Shown: positions 19,698 through 28,503 of the stretch, piece by piece
Layout: each line of letters begins with the position of its first letter
Position numbering within the stretch: the stretch's first letter is position 1
Origin: Pseudomonadota bacterium
GTDB lineage: Bacteria; Bdellovibrionota; UBA1018
Direction: 5' to 3'
DNA length: 64,000 bases
Assembly: GCA_027485695.1 (NCBI GenBank)
Contig: JAIXQO010000004.1
Span: forward strand, 194,408-258,407
Position numbers and translations under genes: made by a program
The notes under the pieces: model-generated
Seen by the model: the letters and a program-made list of their open reading frames with translations, nothing else
Told to the model about the DNA's origin: nothing
Databases searched by the model: none

Positions 19698-20690
19698 ATG
19701 CCCAACTGGCGGAAACCCACTGCACACCAGAATTTGGTTTTCATACTGATTTTTGCCCTGGGAGCCGCTTCCGGTGGTTCTTACACCTATTCTTTCTTTT
19801 CGCTTCAAAAAACCGAAGTCCGCAAGGTCTCTCCGCTTCTAGATCCAGCACTCGCCTACAGGAATTCTGGTGAATACCAACTTCCATTGGATTTCAGGCT
19901 CAAAGAAAGCGAGTCCTTGCTCCGCACGCGAATCCAACAGGAGATTGAGGACAACACGATTCAGGAAGCTTCGATTTACTATCGTAGCTTCAACAACGGA
20001 CCCTGGTTCGGCATCAACGAAGATGCAAGGTTCCTACCTGGCAGTCTCTTGAAACTCCCGCTGGCCATTGCACTATTCAAGCAATCGGAATCGGATCCAA
20101 ATCTCCTGGAACGACAGATTGCGTTCAATAACCCGGATTTACTTCCACTCTATAACTTGCAGTTCGCGGAACCCGCAGAACGCCTCGAGATCGGCCGTTC
20201 TTATAGCGTGAGGACACTGATTGAGCGCTCCCTCATATACTCTGATAACGTCGCTGCAAACTTACTTGAACGCACGCTCGGCGTGGAAGCCTGGGCTCGC
20301 CTCTCCAAGGATCTTTACGTTCCGATTGATCGCAACACCGCACACTCCCGGGGGCTCACGTCCAAGGAATACAGCACGTTCTTCCGCGTTCTTTACAACT
20401 CATCATACTTGAGCGAGACAAATTCAGAGTTTCTCCTCAATGTTTTGAGCAAATCCACGTTCATCGACGGGCTTCGAGCCATCGTTCCCGAAGGTACGAT
20501 TATCGCCCACAAATTCGGCGAGACCCTCTTCGGCGATAAAAAGAAGTTCGCCTACCTCAGTGATTGCGGGATTATCTACGGCAAGACCCAACCGCACATC
20601 GTTTGCGTTATGTTGCGTAGCGACTCTCGCAACAAAATGAATCGGGAGCTATTCATGCGATTATTCCGAGATCTTCCGATCATTTATTAA
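19698..20690 (+). CDS. Class A beta-lactamase-fold serine hydrolase (Beta-lactamase2 / PBP-like)
   Basis: SLLK (SxxK), SDN and HKFG (KxG) motifs; N-terminal TM anchor. Confidence 0.85.
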   Translation: MPNWRKPTAHQNLVFILIFALGAASGGSYTYSFFSLQKTEVRKVSPLLDPALAYRNSGEYQLPLDFRLKESESLLRTRIQQEIEDNTIQEASIYYRSFNNGPWFGINEDARFLPGSLLKLPLAIALFKQSESDPNLLERQIAFNNPDLLPLYNLQFAEPAERLEIGRSYSVRTLIERSLIYSDNVAANLLERTLGVEAWARLSKDLYVPIDRNTAHSRGLTSKEYSTFFRVLYNSSYLSETNSEFLLNVLSKSTFIDGLRAIVPEGTIIAHKFGETLFGDKKKFAYLSDCGIIYGKTQPHIVCVMLRSDSRNKMNRELFMRLFRDLPIIY

Positions 20691-20747
20691 CCAAAGACCT
20701 CGCCTGCTGCCTCGACTCCGCAAGTCCATTCACCTTATTATAGAAAC

Positions 20748-23198
20748 ATGTTCACTCAGATCACTGTATTCGGTTGGGCTTGGGTTCTCTGGAAAACAAA
20801 CGGTTGGTACTCCCCGGGATACCTCTTCACGTTTCCGGCGCTCATCTTAACTGGGTATTGGGCGGATCGCAGATTCGGGGATCGCGTTCTCACGCCAAAG
20901 CAGAAAACGGTTTTCGCCCTCGCATTCTTCAGCCTCTTGGGAACGATTCGGCCTCAGCTTCTCTATCCTCAGTCATCCCTGTTTCTCGCCGCCATCCAAG
21001 CCGCATTCATCATGGTGCTGATCGTCGCCGCTTGGCTCGCCATACGCGACCAATGGAGGCACCAGCTCTCGATCTTACTATTTGCGGTGTCCGCTCTCGT
21101 CCTCGTTTTCGGAATCCTCTGCTCTCCCTATCCACTGATCGACGTATGGATCTACATTCAACAAGCGGTCGATGGAATTCAAAACGGGATCAATCCGTAC
21201 TCCATCGCTTTTCCGAGTGTCTACGCGGGCAAACCTCCTGCCGCTTTTCCGTATAGCCCAGTCACACTCCTGTATTTGACGCCTTTTCACGCAATACTCG
21301 GCGACGTTCGTTACGGCCTGGTCGCGGCATTGTTGATTTCGGGCCTACTCTGCCTAGGTACCAAATCGGACAAGTCTAGCAAGTACCTGTATACCAGCCT
21401 CATCCTGCTTTTCCCGTCGACTTTGAATGTCATTGAGCAAAGCTGGATCGATCCCATTAGCCTCATCCCTCTAGCGATGGCCATCCGGGGTCTCAAATCT
21501 AAGAAGAACTCCTGGTTCATCGCCGGAGTACTTTTACTCCCCGCAGTAAAACATTATAACTTCGCGTTCGTACCATTTCTGCTGCTCGCACATCCATCAT
21601 TCAGAAACTGGAAGAAAGCGCTCGCGCTCTTCGCAGGATCGGTGGCGTTCTTTGTTACTCAGTTTATTGCATTTACTCCGTCCAGCAAAACCTCGACTGG
21701 ATTCTTGAAGGAGATGCTATTCCCCACATTCGATCTTACAGAAATTCGCCACTTTTCACTCGGTGACTGGTTAATCGCCCATCAGATTCCCATTTCCGCC
21801 AACGAGGGACTCCTGATTTCTCTCCTCATTGGAGTCACATCCGTGGCCGTATTCATTTGGAAAAAGCGCCATTTACCCAGTGATTCAATCCTTTGGGGCA
21901 GCTATGCATTGATGGTTTTTTTCCTCCTCTATCCAAATACGGCGCTCAACTACGTTTGGTTCGCAGTCATCGCTTGGTGGATGAACGAGCTTTCTCGTCC
22001 CGAAGAAAGCACTGCGCCGCTCGTGAACGGTCTCGCCCCGATCGATGCTTTGTATTTCGTCACCCGCATCTTCCTGATCTTCGGTATGGAGCCCTATATT
22101 TCTGACGTGGGTCTCTATTTCAAATATTTTAGTGAGTGGCATTTCGGCGGACTCATGCCTTACCGAGACTTCTCGTTCGAATACCCACCTTTCGCATGGA
22201 TCCCGATCGTTTTTCCCGCTTCCTTGTTCTCGATCAACTCTGAGTCTCTTTTGGCCTATCGATTTTGTTTCATGAGTCTCATTGTTGCGGCTGATTTTTC
22301 CATTTTCCGATTCTTCAGACGGATCTCCGAACCCAAAGCTGCCTATTTCTACGTATTCTCAATCCTCGCTATGGCTCACCTCGTGCTCGATCGGATTGAT
22401 TTGATCGTCGGTTTTTTTCTGATTCTTCCTTTGTTCCCATTCGCGCGTACGAATCGATTTTTCTCCCAAGACATCATCATCGGCATGGGCGGGCTTTTTA
22501 AGATCTCCCCAATGATTGTGAGCGGGCTGCCGGAGCTTTTGAAAAAACGAGGCATCTTCCGAGCTACTCTCGGGGCGTTGGTCTCGGTCTCACTCTTCGT
22601 CATCGGCATGGCGTGGATGCTCGACTTCTCCGACGGCAAACCAACGTTATTCAACTATCACTCTCTTCGTGGCATCCAGGTCGAATCACTCATCGGAAAC
22701 GTCGCTCTTTTCCTCGCAACCATCTCGCCAGAATTGGGAATATCCGTTGGTAACAACTATGGAGCACAACATTTAAGCGGCTTTCCAGATTCGGTTGTTC
22801 TATTCGGAAAACTGCTTTCAATCGTTTCTGTTTTTGCGACTTTTGGGTGGGTCGTACGCAACGCGCTCGTGCATAAGAAGGTGGAACTGGCTCAGGCGAC
22901 TTTCCTCATGATTCTCACATTCGTGACCTTCAACACTGTATTGTCACCGCAATTCATCCTTTGGCTGATACCCGTCGGAATATTTGCAAGTATCGAACAG
23001 AAACGAAAATATGATCTCTATACGCTTTTTTTAATATCGGTGATCACCGGAGTCCATTTTCATTTCTACTGGAGCTACGTTCAAAAAGAGATCCCATTCC
23101 TCTTGAACCTGATGCTCCGTAATTTGCTACTCGTAGGACTCTGGGCAGTGAATATCTACCGGATCTCTCTAAACAAAGATAAATCGATGACTCGTTGA
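20748..23198 (+). CDS. Tandem double GT87-like (GT-C) membrane glycosyltransferase
   Basis: Two modules: IDVWIY...GINPY...FPYSP...GDVRY and SDVGLY...MPYRDFSFEYPP...FKISP...RGIQVES...VLSPQFILWL. Confidence 0.7.
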   Translation: MFTQITVFGWAWVLWKTNGWYSPGYLFTFPALILTGYWADRRFGDRVLTPKQKTVFALAFFSLLGTIRPQLLYPQSSLFLAAIQAAFIMVLIVAAWLAIRDQWRHQLSILLFAVSALVLVFGILCSPYPLIDVWIYIQQAVDGIQNGINPYSIAFPSVYAGKPPAAFPYSPVTLLYLTPFHAILGDVRYGLVAALLISGLLCLGTKSDKSSKYLYTSLILLFPSTLNVIEQSWIDPISLIPLAMAIRGLKSKKNSWFIAGVLLLPAVKHYNFAFVPFLLLAHPSFRNWKKALALFAGSVAFFVTQFIAFTPSSKTSTGFLKEMLFPTFDLTEIRHFSLGDWLIAHQIPISANEGLLISLLIGVTSVAVFIWKKRHLPSDSILWGSYALMVFFLLYPNTALNYVWFAVIAWWMNELSRPEESTAPLVNGLAPIDALYFVTRIFLIFGMEPYISDVGLYFKYFSEWHFGGLMPYRDFSFEYPPFAWIPIVFPASLFSINSESLLAYRFCFMSLIVAADFSIFRFFRRISEPKAAYFYVFSILAMAHLVLDRIDLIVGFFLILPLFPFARTNRFFSQDIIIGMGGLFKISPMIVSGLPELLKKRGIFRATLGALVSVSLFVIGMAWMLDFSDGKPTLFNYHSLRGIQVESLIGNVALFLATISPELGISVGNNYGAQHLSGFPDSVVLFGKLLSIVSVFATFGWVVRNALVHKKVELAQATFLMILTFVTFNTVLSPQFILWLIPVGIFASIEQKRKYDLYTLFLISVITGVHFHFYWSYVQKEIPFLLNLMLRNLLLVGLWAVNIYRISLNKDKSMTR

Positions 23199-25129
23199 TC
23201 CTTGGCTTCGAATACAGTCATTGCCGGATGTGCAGAAATCCAAGAGTCGATCCAGTAGCTATAGTAGGTTCTCACGCCGATATACCGGTCATCCAAGAGG
23301 TATCGCACCTTCTCTGAGATTAACCGACGAATGATGACATCTGGGGACAACGACTCCAAGTCACCGACTGGTACGGGGTTTGAATCCAGCCAGGACTTAA
23401 CGGGCAATCCAGAGATGTAGTAGAGTTGATTGTCGCCGGTGGTGAGAATTTTTTCTCCCGGACGCACGTTCATCCTGAGCCAGGCCTTAGATGAACCGGC
23501 CCGAAAATCATCTCTTATTGCTAAATGCCAATCTGATATTTTTGAGTCTGTGAGCGCATGAAAAACAGGCGCGTCTCCATAGTTACCCGGTCGAATGGAG
23601 TCCCCGTAGGCGACCAGGGATAGAAATATACACGAAAGCACCGATACTTGAATTCTCGAACTGAGTGCTTGAATCAGAATGGATATTCCAATCACGGTTA
23701 ACCAACCGATCAAAGCTATCTCCGCTCCTAAGTGTCGGTCGGTCAGCCTGGCTTGTTGCAAGAGGAGTAATATGAATACGGCGACCAAAATCCCGGACAA
23801 CCCCATCCAAATACGTAGTGCTGGAGATTCTTTTTTCTTCCTCAGTATCACGCCAACTGCGACACCAATCAAAACCAGGAGAATCCAGCTCTCACTTGAT
23901 ATGATCGATGCTAGTCGTTCTAAACGTTGACTGAATTCCAATGAGTCTTTGGGCAAGTAGTAGCGGACTAGAGTCAACGCCCCATCTGTCATGCCTCGAC
24001 TGGGGAATAGATCGTCCATGATTGGAAAAATCGGATTCTGCGTGAAGATCACGTTTCTCACCGCCAGCGGAAGCGCAGCTAAGCCAAAAAAACCAATTGA
24101 TACTCCCCACTCTCGAACACTCGATTTTCGTATCCAGAGTGCTAACGCAACAATCGCAATCGCCAGTGGCCCATTAGTGAACTTAGAAACGCCCGCGACA
24201 CCGAGGATAAATGCGCCCACACGCGGTCTATCAAAAACCAAAGACAACCCGCCGACTAGGAAAAATAGAGACCCCCAGTCATTCTTGGCTAGGACAGTGA
24301 CCCATAATAGATCGCGGACTGAAATAGCGGCTAAAGCCGCAACCAGGGCAATGAGATCGTTTGCTTGGAACAGTCGTCTTGCTGCGTAGTAAGCGGCGAA
24401 ATAAGTTCCCATAAAACCTAAAACCGTGTGAAGCAGTTGTGCAAAAATCTGACCTTCGATCAGTCCGCGTCCAACTTCACCACTCAGCAGCCGCATGCCA
24501 AACAGGATGAGATACTCCCACTGTCCGGCATGAAAAATGACGATATCTCCTGGCGGAAGATATACCGAGCCATGATCCATCCAAAGTCTAGGAGCATAGA
24601 GGTGATAAATGAGAGGATCTGATGCCGCCCAGGGGCCTAGCGACTTAAACACTCGAAAAAGGAAAAAAACTGCCAAGTACAGAAGTATCCCTCGTTCGAT
24701 CCAAGACGCCAATTTCAGGGAACTAATGATTGGCCCGAGTTTTCTGGGTCGTACAAGTGCAGAGCCCATGCAAACACAGATCGCGAACAAGAGTCGAGAC
24801 TCTGGACCAATAGATCCAAAACCTAGGAACAATACAAAAAATGAGATGAAAGCCGCCCCCAAGATGAGGGAAACAAGCCAGTGTTCTTTGGCCACGCGAA
24901 ATAGAATCCGCGATAGACCGTCGCCCCACCCTACCAAGCTGAGTAGAAAAGTCGCAAAGACCGCAATGACCGATAGAATCGCAACAAAGTCGAGTTGGGC
25001 GTCCGGATTTCTCCCATCACCTAACACCAACCAACTCACCCAAAGAATGAATGAAGAACTGATCAGAGTGGGGAAATGAATCAATGAACCGCGAGAATCG
25101 TCAGTCCGAGCTAGATTCATCCTCGTCAC
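23156..25129 (-). CDS. GT-C fold membrane glycosyltransferase (ArnT/PMT-like)
   Basis: Polytopic; DPLIYHL, AKND, SKFT, RN..FTQNPIFP motifs; overlaps the pilR stop. Confidence 0.6.
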   Translation of the reverse strand: MTRMNLARTDDSRGSLIHFPTLISSSFILWVSWLVLGDGRNPDAQLDFVAILSVIAVFATFLLSLVGWGDGLSRILFRVAKEHWLVSLILGAAFISFFVLFLGFGSIGPESRLLFAICVCMGSALVRPRKLGPIISSLKLASWIERGILLYLAVFFLFRVFKSLGPWAASDPLIYHLYAPRLWMDHGSVYLPPGDIVIFHAGQWEYLILFGMRLLSGEVGRGLIEGQIFAQLLHTVLGFMGTYFAAYYAARRLFQANDLIALVAALAAISVRDLLWVTVLAKNDWGSLFFLVGGLSLVFDRPRVGAFILGVAGVSKFTNGPLAIAIVALALWIRKSSVREWGVSIGFFGLAALPLAVRNVIFTQNPIFPIMDDLFPSRGMTDGALTLVRYYLPKDSLEFSQRLERLASIISSESWILLVLIGVAVGVILRKKKESPALRIWMGLSGILVAVFILLLLQQARLTDRHLGAEIALIGWLTVIGISILIQALSSRIQVSVLSCIFLSLVAYGDSIRPGNYGDAPVFHALTDSKISDWHLAIRDDFRAGSSKAWLRMNVRPGEKILTTGDNQLYYISGLPVKSWLDSNPVPVGDLESLSPDVIIRRLISEKVRYLLDDRYIGVRTYYSYWIDSWISAHPAMTVFEAKDQRVIDLSLFREIR

Positions 25130-26195
25130 CCATCCCTAACTTGGCTAGACGGTAGCGAATACTACGAAACGTGATTCCGAGAACTTCTGCGGCGCGCTTC
25201 TTGACGCCTCCAGTATGCTCCAGAGCTTTTTCGATATATTGCTTCTCGACAGCTGCGAGAATCGCATCAAGTTCGATCGGTCCCTTCGTGAAGTCCGGTG
25301 CGGGCAGCTCAATCGCACTCAAAGGTGGCGCGCCTGGTGCTCGCGGATGTGAGTCGCGAAAAACTTTCTCGACCTCATCAGTTCTAGACTGCTGAGACGA
25401 AGAGGAAGTGGATTGAGCGCTCGTTGCCTTCGCGGAAATGATCGCTTGCGGCAGACTCGACAATTCAATCAACGTTTTTGATTCTAAGGTAACCGCACGC
25501 TCGATCACGTTCTCGAGTTCCCGAATGTTACCGGGCCATCCGTAACGAGTCATCGCCTCCATCGCATCGTCGGAGAAAGCTTGGATTTCTTTGCCCTGAC
25601 GCTCACCAAATCGCTTCAGAAATTCATTGGCAAGCATCGGAATGTCACTGCCCCGCTCACGCAGAGGCGGAGTTCGAATCAAGATGACGTTTAGTCTGTA
25701 ATATAGATCTTCGCGGAATCTGCCTTCACGAATCATCAACTCGAGGTCACGGTTCGTAGCGGAGATGATCCGAACATCCACCTTGAGATCGTCGTTTGCG
25801 CCCACCCGGCGTACCACCCGCTCTTGCAACGCACGAAGAAGCTTGACCTGCATGGAGAGAGGCAACTCGCCGACTTCGTCCAGGAATAGCGTTCCGCCAT
25901 TTGCGGCCTCAAATAGTCCAGGCTTGTCCGAAACGGCTCCTGTGAAGCTACCCTTCTTATGCCCGAACATTTCGCTCTCGATTAGGTTCTCCGGAATAGC
26001 GCCACAGTTTACGGGAATGAAAGGTTTGCCTTTCATCGGTCCCGTGTCGTGAATCATTCGAGCAACGAGTTCTTTGCCGGTGCCGCTCTCACCGATGATC
26101 AATACGTTCGTTTTGTTACCAGACACCTTGGAAATCAGGGAGATCAGGCTCTTGACCGGCGCAGAATCCCCCAGAATTTTGCGACTCTTCTCCAC
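25101..26195 (-). CDS. pilR: Sigma54-interacting AAA+ regulator at the pilR position, lacking a receiver domain
   Basis: GESGTGKE, GSFTGA, LFLDEVGEL, FREDLYYRLNV, WPGNIRELEN, Fis-type HTH (AAEVLGITFRSIRYRL). GTG start overlaps the pilC stop. Confidence 0.85.
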   Translation of the reverse strand: MEKSRKILGDSAPVKSLISLISKVSGNKTNVLIIGESGTGKELVARMIHDTGPMKGKPFIPVNCGAIPENLIESEMFGHKKGSFTGAVSDKPGLFEAANGGTLFLDEVGELPLSMQVKLLRALQERVVRRVGANDDLKVDVRIISATNRDLELMIREGRFREDLYYRLNVILIRTPPLRERGSDIPMLANEFLKRFGERQGKEIQAFSDDAMEAMTRYGWPGNIRELENVIERAVTLESKTLIELSSLPQAIISAKATSAQSTSSSSQQSRTDEVEKVFRDSHPRAPGAPPLSAIELPAPDFTKGPIELDAILAAVEKQYIEKALEHTGGVKKRAAEVLGITFRSIRYRLAKLGMGDEDESSSD

Positions 26196-27406
26196 TATTG
26201 AATCCCCTCGCCCATTTTGAAGATCGGAAGGTACATAGCAATCATGAGGCCGCCTACCGTGCCACCCAAGAATACGAGGATGACTGGTTCGATCAGCTTA
26301 GTGAGGCCGTTCACAAGAATTTCAACTTCGGCTTCATAGAAATCGGCGACTTTCTCTAACATTCGGTCCAGCTGACCCGTGCTCTCGCCGACGGCCATCA
26401 TCTGAACGGCCATTTTTGGAAACACGTCGATTTGGCCGAATACGTATGCGAGGCTCTTACCTTGCTCAATTTCCGGTCGAAGAATCGAAACCGCATCTTC
26501 TAAGACTGCGTTGTCGATCGTCTGTTTGCAGATGTCGATCGCATCGAGCAAGTTCACCCCGGAATTCAAAAGCGTCGCCAGCGTCCGAGTAAAACGGGCA
26601 GTACCGCCTTTTTGCATAATCGGTCCAAAGATCGGTACTTTGAAAAACATTTTGTCCCGCAAGACGCGCCCTTCGGGACTCTGAAAGAATTTGGTCAGGA
26701 CGAAAGCCGCGAACGCTATCGCGCCAATCAAGACCGTGAAGTGATCTCGGATAAAATGGGAGACATCGATCACGAACTGGGTCGGAGCCGGGAGAGCTTG
26801 GCCGTTTTGAGAAAGAAGTTCTTCGAACTTCGGGATGACGAACGTCAGCATACCGATGATCACCGCGACACCGACGCTGACCACGATCACCGGATACATC
26901 ATGGCCGATTTCAGTAATTTTTTCAGGCGGTCGGCGTCTTCGAGATAGTTGGTGAGGCGCCGCAAGATCGCATCCAGAGCACCTGAACTCTCGCCGGCTC
27001 GGACGAGCGCAAGATAGAGCTTCGGAAATGCCTTTGGGTAAGCACTCATGGCCTCCCAGAGAAATGTCCCTTCGCTGACTTTTTGCTTAATGCCCATACA
27101 AAGAGTCTTAAACGCGCCGGATCCCCCTTGATCCGTCAGAATGTCGAGCGCTTGAGTCAGCGGAATACCGGAACCGATGAGTACCTGCATCTGTCGCGTG
27201 AAAATGAGAACTTCTTCTGCGGAAACGTTGGTAGATTTAAATACTTCTCCCAAATCTTTTTGGGCAAGGCTCTGAACAGAAACCTTCAGCGGACGGACGC
27301 CTTGACCACGCAATAAGATCCTCAACTCCCCTTCGGAAGCTGCCGTGACCTTACCTTTGACGCGGTTTCCTTGGCGATCGACGCCATCATACATGTAATC
27401 CGGCAT
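26195..27406 (-). CDS. pilC: Type IV pilus platform protein
   Basis: FTRQM..LIGSGIPL, AGESSGALD, AMMYP, VGESTGQLD, LIEP, MYLPIF. Confidence 0.97.
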   Translation of the reverse strand: MPDYMYDGVDRQGNRVKGKVTAASEGELRILLRGQGVRPLKVSVQSLAQKDLGEVFKSTNVSAEEVLIFTRQMQVLIGSGIPLTQALDILTDQGGSGAFKTLCMGIKQKVSEGTFLWEAMSAYPKAFPKLYLALVRAGESSGALDAILRRLTNYLEDADRLKKLLKSAMMYPVIVVSVGVAVIIGMLTFVIPKFEELLSQNGQALPAPTQFVIDVSHFIRDHFTVLIGAIAFAAFVLTKFFQSPEGRVLRDKMFFKVPIFGPIMQKGGTARFTRTLATLLNSGVNLLDAIDICKQTIDNAVLEDAVSILRPEIEQGKSLAYVFGQIDVFPKMAVQMMAVGESTGQLDRMLEKVADFYEAEVEILVNGLTKLIEPVILVFLGGTVGGLMIAMYLPIFKMGEGIQ

Positions 27407-27423
27407 CTCTGGTCCTCACATCC

Positions 27424-28497
27424 TCACTTCAGATTCTGAAGCATACGCATCAGCTCTTCGGGCATATAACTATATTCCATCGCGGCTTCGGGAGAAATGG
27501 TGCCGGACTTCACGTATCCGATCAACGCCTGATTGAGCGTCTGCATTCCTGTTTCGCCTTGGCCTGTTTGCATGGCGGAATAGATTTGGTGAATTTTCTC
27601 TTCGCGAATGAGGTTTCGAATGGCCATGCTCGGCACCAGAACTTCGCAGGCCATTGCTCGGCCGCGTCCACCGATCTTCGGCACCAGGCACTGAGAGACG
27701 ATCGCCTGCAACGTAAAACTCAGCAACTGACGGACCTGCCCTTGTTGGTGAGGCGGAAACACGTTGATCACGCGGTTGACGGATTGAATCGCGCTGTTGG
27801 TGTGAAGCGTGCCGAAAACCAAGTGACCGGTTTCGGCCATAGTCAGCGCCATCTCGATCGTATCCAAATCCCGAAGCTCTCCGACCAGAATATAGTCCGG
27901 GTCTTGGCGAAGAATTTGTCGAAGCGCGTTCTTAAAACTCTTGGTATCTACGCCCACTTCACGCTGGTTCACCACGCAGTTTTTGTGTGGGTGGACGAAT
28001 TCGATCGGGTCCTCGATCGTGATAATATGTCCAAACTCGTCCCGATTGAGCGCATCGAGCATCGCGGCGAGCGTCGTCGACTTACCACTACCCGTCGGGC
28101 CAGTGACCAGCACTAACCCGTTCGGTCGCTTGATCACTTCTTTCAAAATATTGGGAACGCCGATCTCATTCCACTCTGGAATCTTGACCGGAATTCGACG
28201 GAAAACTGCGGCAACACTACCGCGCTGGAGAAATATGTTACCCCGGAAACGAGCGACGTCCTTAATCCCGAACGAAAAATCGAGTTCCAGGTTCCGTTCG
28301 AACTCCGCTTTCTGAGAATCCGTTAAAACCTGATAGCACAGCTCCTTGGTATCTTGCGGAGTCAGTGCATCGGTTTTGACCTTAACCATGTTCCCGGAGA
28401 TACGGAACTCAGGCGGTACGCCGACCGTAACGTGCAAGTCGGACGCGTTCTGGTCGACCATGGTTTTCAAAAGTGCTGGAAGACTGATCTTCGCCAT
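27424..28497 (-). CDS. pilT: Pilus retraction ATPase
   Basis: ASDLH, GPTGSGKSTTL, TIEDPIE, GTLHTNSA, AIRNLIRE. Confidence 0.98.
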   Translation of the reverse strand: MAKISLPALLKTMVDQNASDLHVTVGVPPEFRISGNMVKVKTDALTPQDTKELCYQVLTDSQKAEFERNLELDFSFGIKDVARFRGNIFLQRGSVAAVFRRIPVKIPEWNEIGVPNILKEVIKRPNGLVLVTGPTGSGKSTTLAAMLDALNRDEFGHIITIEDPIEFVHPHKNCVVNQREVGVDTKSFKNALRQILRQDPDYILVGELRDLDTIEMALTMAETGHLVFGTLHTNSAIQSVNRVINVFPPHQQGQVRQLLSFTLQAIVSQCLVPKIGGRGRAMACEVLVPSMAIRNLIREEKIHQIYSAMQTGQGETGMQTLNQALIGYVKSGTISPEAAMEYSYMPEELMRMLQNLK

Positions 28498-28503
28498 TTC
28501 TCG

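Noticed and set aside
15289..23198. Phase-variable invertible pilA cassette
   Set aside because: No terminal inverted repeats or recombinase were seen, and the right boundary is a coding overlap.
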